From Candidatus Omnitrophota bacterium (GTDB taxonomy: Bacteria; Omnitrophota; Gorgyraeia; Zapsychrales; Fredricksoniimonadaceae), in the NCBI GenBank assembly GCA_043798045.1, contig JAZDPD010000112.1, forward strand, positions 1 through 33,482: a stretch of DNA of 33,482 nucleotides, read 5' to 3'. The translations under genes and the position numbers were made by a program. Positions 8,850-16,921 of the stretch are shown here, piece by piece. The notes beneath the pieces were generated by a model. That model had not been told where the DNA came from, ran no database searches, and was given only the letters and a program-made list of their open reading frames with translations. Numbering within the stretch: position 1 is the first letter of the stretch; each line of letters begins with the position of its first letter.

Positions 8850-10313
8850 ATGAATATAAAAACGTCTTTTGCCGGAAAGATCATGCTTGTTTTTTTTGGC
8901 TTGGTGTTGAGCCTGGTTCTTTTGGAATCAGGTTTGCGTTTGATGAGTTCTGTCCTGGGGTATTGGCATGCCTATCATGTTAATCTTTTGGCCAGGAAAC
9001 AGGCAGATATCCGGATTTTATGTTTGGGGGAGTCAACGACAAGAGGGCAGTATCCGCGATTTCTTTAGAAATACCTGAATTATAATAATGCCGGCATCAA
9101 GTTCACGGTCATTGATGAGGGTGTGCCGGGCACAAATACGAATGTTATTGCGGCGCTGTTGGAGCAAAAAATTGATAAATACAGGCCGGATCTGGTTATC
9201 ACGATGATGGGGGTTAATGATAACGGGGGGCATTTGCCGTATACCGTTGATTCCATGTCGGGTGTAGAGCGGTTTTGGGATTCTTTCAGAGCGTATAAGT
9301 TATTACGTTTGGTCGGGATGCATATTACGGCCAGGATAAAAGGGGTGCCTTTGCCCCTGAGGCGGGACAATGGCCTTGTTAAAAAAGGACATCCGGCGGG
9401 CGCTTGGGATGAGGCTCATGCGCAGGATGAACAAATGTCTTTTTTGAAGCGAGAAAAAGAATGCCGGGATGCCATCGCGCTTAATCCTGGGGATGATCAG
9501 GCTTATGTGAGGTTGGGGGTCGTTTTGAAAGAGAGGGAGGCTTTGGCGGCATCAGAGAAGGCTTTCCAGAGGGCCATTGAGATTAATCCTCAAGGCGATG
9601 TGGCGTATGCAGAGCTGGGCTGGTTATACGGAGCCCATAGCAGAATGCCTGAAGCGATTGCTGCGTTTAAAAGGTCAACGGAAATTAATTCCGGGAATAC
9701 CAGGGTGTGGGATGCCTTGGCCGCAGCCTATCAGAGCACACATCAGTACGCTTTGGCGGAGGCGGCGTATCAAAAAGAGCTTGAGATTGTGCCGCAGGAA
9801 GATGAATCATTCGGGAATATGGGGATGTTTTATTTAAGGCAGGGGGCTGCCATTAAAGCGGAGGCTATATTCGAGAAGGCCATTGAAATTCATCCGGATG
9901 ACGATCGTGCTTACGCCAGACTGGCGCTATTGTACTGTGAAATGGGCAAAGATGATTTATGCCGGGAATATACGCGCAAAACAAAAGAAATGTCCGGGGA
10001 TGTTTATGGCCCGATGACACGGAATAATTATCAAAAGGTTAAACAGGTTCTTTTGCAAAAGAAGGTTGGCTGGATTTGTGTGCAGTATCCTACATTGAGC
10101 GTTGCATCCCTCCAGGAAGTTGTTGGTTCGGGGGAGGGAATTGTTTTTGTAGATAATGAGCGGTTATTCAAGGTGGCTGTGCAACGGGAAGGTTACACGC
10201 AGTATTTTATTGATACCATGGGCGGAACCTGGGGGCATTGCACGGATGCGGGCAACAAGCTGCTGGCCAAGAATATTGCCAATGTGATCAAGGAAAAACT
10301 GGGGGTGCAGTGA
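8850..10313 (+). pseudogene. membrane-anchored SGNH-like hydrolase with TPR insert (family A, copy 1), interrupted by an in-frame TAG at 9066-9068
   Basis: Track ORFs 8847-9068 and 9123-10313 are in the same frame. Together they align end to end with the intact paralog at 10339. TAG 9066-9068 sits where the paralog has CAG (RFL*KYL versus RYLQEYL). The downstream piece has no independent start or signal anchor. Motifs: LCLGESTT, GTNTN, GVNDNG, about 5 TPRs (roughly 9470-9975), and WGHC. Confidence 0.65.
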
Positions 10314-10338
10314 TGATGTTGACGGGGGTTTTGTTGAC

Positions 10339-11757
10339 ATGAGAACATTATTTTCTCAAAAGGTTGCACTGGTGTTTTTTGGTTTGGTTTTGAGTCTTTT
10401 TGTTCTGGAGGCGGGATTGCGTCTGGCCAGTTTTGGGTTGGCGGCCTGGCATGAATATCAGGTTAATGCTGCGCTTAAAGTAAAGGCGGATATCAGGATT
10501 TTATGTTTGGGGGAATCAACGACCAGGGAGCAGTATCCGCGTTATCTGCAGGAATATTTGAGAAATAGTCAGGGCATCAAGTTTACGGTTATTGATGAGG
10601 GCATCTCCGGTACAAATTCTAATATTATTGTGTCTTTGCTGGGCAAGAATATTGATAAATATAAACCGGATTTTGTGGTTACCATGATCGGAGTTAATGA
10701 TTACGGGGGGCATATGCCGTATACGGCTGCCTCGATGACGGGGGTGGAGCGGTTTCTGGATGTTTTTAAAACATATAAATTAATGCGACTGGTTTGGATG
10801 CATGTTACGACCAGGATTAAAGATGACCGTATGTCTTTGAGGCACAGAGAAGGCATTTTTCCTGGCGAATATAGCAAGGAGGTGACGGATGATGCGTTGG
10901 GGCCGGATCATCGGGATGACACTAATCAGCCGCAGCAAGTTCGCGGGCCTGATGTGTTACGGAAAACTTCGAAGGATCACATATATGTCCGTCTGGGTGA
11001 TGTTTTAAGAGACAGGGGGGATTATTTCGGGGCAGAGAAAATGTTCAGGAAGGCTATTGAGATTAATCCTCGCAATGATCTGGCCTATACAAAGTTGGGA
11101 TGGTTGTATTGGCTGCATGCTGTGGATAAGAGATTTCCTAATGGGGTTGTTGATTCGAGAAAAGCATTTGAGCGGTCCCTGGAAATTAATCCTGAGCAAA
11201 GTGGCGTTTGGATGGTTTTGGCAGGTGTGTATATGCATCAGGATGAATACGTATTAGCCGAGGCGGCGTATAAGAAATACCTTAAAATGTCTCATCGCGA
11301 AGATTCTGCGTTTGAGATGTTAGGTGTGTTTTACTTCAGGCGTGGAGACAAGGTTAAGGCAGAGGAAACTTTTAAGCGGGCGTTTGAGCTCTATCCAGAT
11401 AATGTGCGCGCTTGTTCCCGGTTGGCCAATTTGTATTGTGAAATGGGCAGGGATGATTTGTGCCAGGAGTATACTCGGAAAATGAAGGCTTTGCCCAAGA
11501 GTGGGTATGCGTCAATGACACTGAGAAATTATCAGAAGATCAAGAAAATCCTTTCGGAAAAAAAGATTGGCTGGATTTGTGTGCAATATCCTACGTTGAG
11601 CGTTGCCTTGTTAAAAGAGGTTGTTGGCGCGGGTGAGGGAATTGTTTTTGTTGATATGATGGGTGGTACCTGGGGGCATTGTCAGGATGCGGGCAACAGA
11701 TTGCTTGCAGGGAATATTGCCGATGCCATCAAGGAGAAGCTGGGGATTCGGCCGTAG
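10339..11757 (+). CDS. membrane-anchored SGNH-like hydrolase with TPR insert (family A, copy 2)
   Basis: N-terminal hydrophobic anchor with LEAGLR. SGNH-like blocks: ILCLGESTT (I), DEGISGTNSN (II), MIGVNDYG (III) and VDMMGGTWGHC (V-like). TPR-like repeats lie between blocks III and V (AIEINPRNDLAY..., LEINPEQSGVW..., FELYPDNVRAC...). Confidence 0.75.
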   Translation: MRTLFSQKVALVFFGLVLSLFVLEAGLRLASFGLAAWHEYQVNAALKVKADIRILCLGESTTREQYPRYLQEYLRNSQGIKFTVIDEGISGTNSNIIVSLLGKNIDKYKPDFVVTMIGVNDYGGHMPYTAASMTGVERFLDVFKTYKLMRLVWMHVTTRIKDDRMSLRHREGIFPGEYSKEVTDDALGPDHRDDTNQPQQVRGPDVLRKTSKDHIYVRLGDVLRDRGDYFGAEKMFRKAIEINPRNDLAYTKLGWLYWLHAVDKRFPNGVVDSRKAFERSLEINPEQSGVWMVLAGVYMHQDEYVLAEAAYKKYLKMSHREDSAFEMLGVFYFRRGDKVKAEETFKRAFELYPDNVRACSRLANLYCEMGRDDLCQEYTRKMKALPKSGYASMTLRNYQKIKKILSEKKIGWICVQYPTLSVALLKEVVGAGEGIVFVDMMGGTWGHCQDAGNRLLAGNIADAIKEKLGIRP

Positions 11758-11785
11758 ATAGAATGAGTCCCGGGGTATCAAAAAA

Positions 11786-11793
11786 GGGGGGGG
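11786..11793 (+). repeat. G8 homopolymer tract within the ribosome-binding region of wzm
   Basis: aaaaaGGGGGGGGcgaggcATG; the tract ends 6 nt before ATG 11800. Confidence 0.9.
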
Positions 11794-11799
11794 CGAGGC

Positions 11800-12585
11800 A
11801 TGTGGGGAGGATTGTTAGGTTCAACGTCTGGTTTTTCGCAGCGGGCTGTGCTGTGGAGTTTGGTCAACAAGAATATCAAGGCGCAGTATGCGGGTTCTGT
11901 TTTGGGTTTATTGTGGGCATTTATTAATCCATTGTTATTGGCACTCATCGTGGGTTTTGTGTTTACCAATATCCTGAATGTTACTGTGTCTAATTTTTAT
12001 ATATACATCATATCCGGAATGTTGCCCTGGGGCTTCTTCTCGGTGTCTTTGCTGGAGGCTTCGTTATCTATTCCCAGGCATGCCAGCTTCCTGAAACAGT
12101 TTCCCTTGTCCAAAAGCTTTATTCCGGCGGCAGCGGTTTTGTCGAATTTTATTTTGCTGCTGTTCAGTCTGATGATTTTGTTGCCGCTGTTTATCCTGGT
12201 TTCTCCCAAGATCGTTTTTATGTTGCCCGTGCTCGTCATGGCCTTGGTTTTGTTTTTATTGTTCACGTTCGGGATATCATTAATAACGTCAGTCATGTGT
12301 GTTGAATGGCAGGATATGCGGCAAGTGTTGAATATGCTGATGATGTACTGGTTGTGGCTGACGCCGGTATTTTATAGTGTGGATATGGTTCCTTCCAAAT
12401 ATAAAATTCTTTTGTTGTGCAATCCGGTTAACGTTTATTTGAGCTTGTTCAGAAATGCGTTGTTTGATGGAAAAATGCCCACACCCTGGGCCTGGGGGGT
12501 GGCTGTCGTTTTGGCGCTGATAATGACGGCCGGAGGGCTTTTCCTGTTTAGCAAAAGGGAAGGGGGTTTTTTAAAGAAAATATGA
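11800..12585 (+). CDS. wzm: ABC-2 type polysaccharide export permease (Wzm/TagG/KpsM-like)
   Basis: LVNKNIKAQYAGSVLGLLWAFINPLL is the characteristic ABC-2 permease N-terminal motif. Multiple hydrophobic helices follow. The gene lies directly upstream of, and overlaps by ATGA, an ABC ATPase. Confidence 0.85.
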   Translation: MWGGLLGSTSGFSQRAVLWSLVNKNIKAQYAGSVLGLLWAFINPLLLALIVGFVFTNILNVTVSNFYIYIISGMLPWGFFSVSLLEASLSIPRHASFLKQFPLSKSFIPAAAVLSNFILLLFSLMILLPLFILVSPKIVFMLPVLVMALVLFLLFTFGISLITSVMCVEWQDMRQVLNMLMMYWLWLTPVFYSVDMVPSKYKILLLCNPVNVYLSLFRNALFDGKMPTPWAWGVAVVLALIMTAGGLFLFSKREGGFLKKI

Positions 12586-13799
12586 ATATGGAAGAAGACC
12601 TTGCCATTGAATTAAGGGATGTGAGTGAGACGTATGAAATAGAAATAAAGACCGATGAAAAAACGGTGCGCGAGGAAACCGAGGTTTTAAAGAATATTTC
12701 ATTGAAGGTTAAAAAGGGCGAGTCCATTGCGATCCTTGGGGCCAATGGTGCCGGCAAATCGACGATTCTAAGAGTTATCGCCGGACTTTTGAAACCGGAT
12801 AAAGGGGATGTTTGTGTGCGGGGGGTTGTTGGCAGCCTTCTGGATCTTGGGGCAGGCTTTCACCCGGAGTTGACCGGGAGGGAGAATCTTCGGCTAAATG
12901 CCGGTTTTTATAATTTCAATCGGAGTGAGTTTGAGGCCAGGTATGAGGAAATCCTGAAATTTGCTGATATTGGCAAATTCATTGATGTGCCGGTGCGGTG
13001 TTATTCCCAGGGCATGTATGTGCGTCTGGCCTTTAGCCTGGCCATTCATGTGAATCCCGACATCCTTTTGATCGATGACTGCCTTTCGGTGGGGGATGAT
13101 AATTTTCAGTTAAAGTGCATTGATAAGGCGCTTGAATTGAAAATGAAGAATAAAACCATTGTCCTGGTTACGCATAATTTTACATTGGCCAAACAGCTCT
13201 GCCAGCGTGGTATCTATATCCGCGACCAGGGGATTGCCCTGGATGCGACGGTTGATCAGGCGGTCTCGACATATTTGACGGTTTCCAAGATGGTTAAGGA
13301 TCAGTATCAGTATTTAAAAGCGCGTATTCAGGAAATTGAAGATTATGAAAAAACAGAGGCTGATTCCTGGCAGCGGAAAATAGACTTGCAACGTCAGACG
13401 GAACAGCTGCAGTGGGATCAGGAGGCTGGCCGCCGTCGTGAGGCTGATGACCGGCGATGGGAAGAGGAGACGCTTGCCCGGCGTCAGAAAGAAGAATTGC
13501 AATGGGATCAGGAGTTTGCCAGGGTGCGTGCACAGGAAGAGGTGCAGTGGCTGCAGGAGGTAAAGCGCCGGCGTGATGCGGAAGGGTTGGCGTGGGCGGT
13601 TGAGGTTGGGCAAAGGCGTGATGCGGATGATGCTGCATGGGAAAAAGCGGCGCAGGAGCGCCGTGCCAAGCAGGAACGTGACTGGGCGGATTCGTTTATG
13701 AAAAGGTGTGCCGATGAACAGGCGCGATGGGAGAAAGAAATGAACGGGAGGCGTGAGGTGGAAAAATCGGTTAAAGCTAACGAGAAGGGGGCGGCATGA
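12582..13799 (+). CDS. wzt: polysaccharide export ABC transporter ATP-binding protein (Wzt/TagH-like) with a non-canonical Trp-periodic charged C-terminal extension
   Basis: Walker A GANGAGKST, signature-like YSQGMYVRLAFS, Walker B ILLIDDCLSVGD, and an H-loop region LVTHN. Residues from about 250 to 405 form an Arg/Glu/Gln/Trp-rich repeat instead of a recognisable carbohydrate-binding domain. Confidence 0.9.
   Translation: MNMEEDLAIELRDVSETYEIEIKTDEKTVREETEVLKNISLKVKKGESIAILGANGAGKSTILRVIAGLLKPDKGDVCVRGVVGSLLDLGAGFHPELTGRENLRLNAGFYNFNRSEFEARYEEILKFADIGKFIDVPVRCYSQGMYVRLAFSLAIHVNPDILLIDDCLSVGDDNFQLKCIDKALELKMKNKTIVLVTHNFTLAKQLCQRGIYIRDQGIALDATVDQAVSTYLTVSKMVKDQYQYLKARIQEIEDYEKTEADSWQRKIDLQRQTEQLQWDQEAGRRREADDRRWEEETLARRQKEELQWDQEFARVRAQEEVQWLQEVKRRRDAEGLAWAVEVGQRRDADDAAWEKAAQERRAKQERDWADSFMKRCADEQARWEKEMNGRREVEKSVKANEKGAA
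13368..13772 (+). repeat. nine tandem 15-residue (45-nt) units, each beginning with Trp, in the Wzt C-terminal tail
   Basis: TGG codons occur at 13368 and then every 45 nt, ending at 13728 (both end codons checked in frame). The units are WQRKIDLQRQTEQLQ / WDQEAGRRREADDRR / WEEETLARRQKEELQ / WDQEFARVRAQEEVQ / WLQEVKRRRDAEGLA / WAVEVGQRRDADDAA / WEKAAQERRAKQERD / WADSFMKRCADEQAR / WEKEMNGRREVEKSV. Confidence 0.85.
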
Positions 13800-14095
13800 G
13801 GACATCATCATTATTAAAGAATGCGGCACATGTGGTTTTATTACTGGGCATTGTTGCCGCCATGCAGAAATTTTCTGTTGATTCGCTGATGTTTTGGGTT
13901 GTTATTGTCGTGGCGGGTGTTTTATGGCTGGTGTTAAGGTTGCTGGCCATTATAGGACAGCTTGTATATGAAATGCGCAATGATTCGGCCCGTGTTTTGA
14001 GCCAGGTCGAACGTTCGCTGTATCAGATCAATGCTTCCATGCAGGAAGTGCGGGATTTGATGGATTCCAATATAACCACGAAGGATGTGGCATGA
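13796..14095 (+). CDS. small membrane protein (two hydrophobic helices plus a polar helical tail), function unknown
   Basis: ATGA overlaps occur at both ends: with the Wzt stop at 13796-13799 and with the rSAM start at 14092-14095. Hydrophobic segments are AAHVVLLLGIVAAM and FWVVIVVAGVLWLVLRLLAIIG. No family was recognised. Confidence 0.55.
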   Translation: MRTSSLLKNAAHVVLLLGIVAAMQKFSVDSLMFWVVIVVAGVLWLVLRLLAIIGQLVYEMRNDSARVLSQVERSLYQINASMQEVRDLMDSNITTKDVA

Positions 14096-16920
14096 AGGTT
14101 TTTATAATAAATCTGCCGTGGGAAAAGGGTGGATTATGGGGTGTGCGCGCCGGCTCTCGATGGCCGCATATCAAGACGTCTCTGGAAAGGCATTACTCTC
14201 CGTTCCCATTCTTTATGGCGTATGCCGCGGCTCTTTTGAAACGGGAGGGCGTTGAGGTTTGTCTCATTGATTCTTTGGCTGAACAGATCACACTGGATAA
14301 TCTTTTGTCAATGATAGATGCGGGTAAGCCGGATCTTGTGGTGGCGGAAACATCTTCGCCGTCATTATTGAATGATTTGATGATCCTCAACAAGCTTCCT
14401 GCAAAGTTGCCGGTGGCGTTATGTGGTCCTGAAGTTAGTATCCGGGATTTGCATTTTCTTAAGGAGCGTCCGCGCATCACTTATGTGTTTGTGGGGGAAT
14501 ATGAGTTTACTCTTTTGGAATTGGTGCAGTGCTTGAAGGCGGGGCAGGATTTGTCGGGCGTTAAAGGGTTGATCTATCGGGCTCAGGGCCAATGCGTGAC
14601 CAACCCCCCTCGTCCTCTTTTGGAAAACCTGGATGATTTGCCCTGGCCTTTGCGTGACGGGCTTCCCATGGAAAAATACAATGATACGCCCGGGGGGATC
14701 CCATTTCCGAGTGTGCAGATGTGGTCTTCGCGCGGGTGTCCGTATCATTGTTTGTTTTGCAGCTGGCCGCAATTGATGTACCAGAGTCATCGGTACAGAA
14801 CACGCAGCGTGACTGATGTTGTTGATGAGATGGAGTATCTTGTGAATGTGAAGGGGTTTAAGTCTGTATATTTTGATGATGATACCATGAATGTTGGCAA
14901 GCAGCGGATGATGGCGTTGGCAGACGAGATCAAGCGCAGATGTTTGAATGTGCCCTGGGCGATGATGGCGCGGGCGGATTTGATGGAGGAGGATGTGCTT
15001 GAAAACCTGTGTTCCGCCGGATTGGCAGCCGTGAAATACGGGGTTGAGTCGGGTGATCAGCGGCTTGTTGATAACATTAACAAGAAGCTTGATCTGCAGA
15101 AGCTGGAACGGATGGTCCGGTTTACGCAATCTATAGGCATTAAAACACATTTGACGTTTACCTTCGGGCTGCCGGGTGAAACGCACGAAACGATCCAGAA
15201 GACAATTGACTTTGCCAGGCATCTTGATCCAGACACGCTGCAGTTTTCCATTACAACGGCTTTTCCCGGAACACAGTATTACAGGGAGCTTGAAACAAGG
15301 GGGCATATTGTTTCGCGGGATTTACAAGATTATGACGGGAATTCCAGATCCATGCTGCGGACAGCGTGTTTGAGCGCCAAGGAGTTGCAGAGGGCCAAGC
15401 AGGATGCGGACTGGCTTTGGCAGGAACATGTATGGGCAACACGCAAGCACGTTAAGTTGGATGCGGGTTTTCGTGAACGATGTGTGATGTTCGGGAAGAA
15501 AAATGTGTTGCGGCCATTGGTCTTGATGTGGCGATCTTTAATTCGGTATTGTTTGTTGATGGGCCGGAGATTGTGTTCACCGAATCTTAGCATGCAAGTC
15601 AAGGAGCCTGATCTTAGCCTGATTTTTCTCGCCCGGGAATGTTTTTTGAGGATGGGAAGGTGTGTATTAAGGTGGGGCCATGAAACGCTGGCCAGGGTAT
15701 GTGCCCTCAGGCACTGGTATGAGCCTCAGCGGGTATGGTTGAAAAAACTGAAGAATAATGTATTGAACCTGATGGGTGTGCATCATGGGGCTTATGCGTT
15801 TAAAGGCCCGGATTGTGTGCAGATTGATTTGACGAGTAATTGTAATAATAATTGCGTCAGTTGTTGGTGTAATTCCCCGCTCTTAAAAACAAGAATGTAT
15901 AAAGGGGCCAAGAGGTACAAGACCTTGCCGACGCCCATGGTTCTTGCCTTGATGGAGGATCTTGTTGGACTTGGGACCAGCGAGTTGTATTTTTCTGGCG
16001 GCGGCGAGCCGTTCATGCACCCCGATCTTATGACGATCGTGGCGCAGGCCAAGGCCAGGGGGCTGCACTGCTGCATCAATACCAATTTCACGCTTGTGGA
16101 TGAGGCGGTTATTAAACAGCTCATTGATCTTTCGGTGGATGCGTTGACCGTGAGTTTCTGGGCGGCGAATCCGGAGTCCTATGTGCGTACGCATCCTAAT
16201 AAGGATGCCGCCACGTTTGAGCGGATGACACAGATGCTGCGGCTTTTAAATACAGCCAAAGACGGCAGAAAACCGTACATCAAGATTTACAATGTGATTT
16301 CCAACCTGAATTATACAGAGCTTGAAGAGATGGTGGCTTTTGCGGAAGAAACCGGTTCTGAATCCGTGGAGTTCGCGGTGGTGGATACGATTCCCGGCGC
16401 TACGGATCAGCTGTTGCTCAATTATGAACAACGTCAAGCGGTATTGGCGCAGTGTTCGCGGATAATGGCGGCGGCGCATAAGGTGAAGGTGCTTAATCTG
16501 GATACCTTGATACGGCGGTTTTCCGATGTGAGTGCCCAGGAAGCACAATATGACAGCGGGATATTCCAGGAATCATCCTGTTATGTGGGGTGGGTTTTTA
16601 GCCGTATCATGTCCAATGGGGATGTGAATTTCTGCTTGAAAGCTCATCGCATGCCTGTAGGGAATTTGTATGAACATTCTTTCCGCGCTATATGGAATTC
16701 GGCCAAACAGCAGGAATTTCGCGGAAAGGCTTTAAAATTTGATAAGGACGACAGCTTTTTCAAGGCTATCGGTAATGATGAGAATTGTAAAATGGGTTGT
16801 TATAAAAGCTGTGATGATATTGGCAGGAATATGGTGGTGCAGGAGAAAATGAAGCGCCTGTCTTCTGTGCAGAAGACATTGTTGACAATAATGGCCAAAG
16901 TTATGGGGCGCAGGGTTTAA
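14092..16920 (+). CDS. dual radical SAM protein: N-terminal B12-binding-domain radical SAM fused to a C-terminal SPASM/twitch-like radical SAM
   Basis: The N-terminal half begins MKVFIINLPW...GVRAGSRWPH, a class B rSAM style start. Core 1 is SSRGCPYHCLFCSWP (14737-14760). The linker is basic and hydrophobic (about 15440-15770). Core 2 is DLTSNCNNNCVSCWC (15841-15864), followed by YFSGGGEPFMHPD. A C-terminal Cys cluster (16579-16812) contains C-x17-C with NGDVNFC (G-x4-C) and CKMGCYKSC. Confidence 0.88.
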   Translation: MKVFIINLPWEKGGLWGVRAGSRWPHIKTSLERHYSPFPFFMAYAAALLKREGVEVCLIDSLAEQITLDNLLSMIDAGKPDLVVAETSSPSLLNDLMILNKLPAKLPVALCGPEVSIRDLHFLKERPRITYVFVGEYEFTLLELVQCLKAGQDLSGVKGLIYRAQGQCVTNPPRPLLENLDDLPWPLRDGLPMEKYNDTPGGIPFPSVQMWSSRGCPYHCLFCSWPQLMYQSHRYRTRSVTDVVDEMEYLVNVKGFKSVYFDDDTMNVGKQRMMALADEIKRRCLNVPWAMMARADLMEEDVLENLCSAGLAAVKYGVESGDQRLVDNINKKLDLQKLERMVRFTQSIGIKTHLTFTFGLPGETHETIQKTIDFARHLDPDTLQFSITTAFPGTQYYRELETRGHIVSRDLQDYDGNSRSMLRTACLSAKELQRAKQDADWLWQEHVWATRKHVKLDAGFRERCVMFGKKNVLRPLVLMWRSLIRYCLLMGRRLCSPNLSMQVKEPDLSLIFLARECFLRMGRCVLRWGHETLARVCALRHWYEPQRVWLKKLKNNVLNLMGVHHGAYAFKGPDCVQIDLTSNCNNNCVSCWCNSPLLKTRMYKGAKRYKTLPTPMVLALMEDLVGLGTSELYFSGGGEPFMHPDLMTIVAQAKARGLHCCINTNFTLVDEAVIKQLIDLSVDALTVSFWAANPESYVRTHPNKDAATFERMTQMLRLLNTAKDGRKPYIKIYNVISNLNYTELEEMVAFAEETGSESVEFAVVDTIPGATDQLLLNYEQRQAVLAQCSRIMAAAHKVKVLNLDTLIRRFSDVSAQEAQYDSGIFQESSCYVGWVFSRIMSNGDVNFCLKAHRMPVGNLYEHSFRAIWNSAKQQEFRGKALKFDKDDSFFKAIGNDENCKMGCYKSCDDIGRNMVVQEKMKRLSSVQKTLLTIMAKVMGRRV

Positions 16921-16921
16921 C

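Noticed and set aside
9066-9068. Programmed amber readthrough or pyrrolysine-type recoding of the in-frame TAG.
   Set aside because: TAG terminates at least nine other genes in this window (ends at 1212, 5609, 5846, 6027, 11757, 22946, 24241, 27395 and 33410). No pyl genes or obvious recoding structure are visible. The paralog has a plain CAG codon at this position.
13796-14095. RiPP interpretation: SPASM-type rSAM maturases with the 99-aa ORF (or another small ORF) as the precursor peptide.
   Set aside because: The small ORFs are membrane helices without a Cys-, Gly- or Ser-rich core or a leader-like region. No peptidase or RiPP-type exporter is present. Every neighbour is a glycan biosynthesis or export gene. 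This is kept only as a remote alternative.
14419-15306. 295-aa minus-strand ORF, with similar long antisense ORFs at 4647-5477, 6307-6909, 8079-8687, 17410-17997 and 24664-25251.
   Set aside because: Each lies entirely opposite a + strand gene that has strong family motifs. The translations are low-complexity (rich in R, H, P, I and K), have no recognisable motifs and have no ribosome-binding sites. They are typical shadow ORFs.
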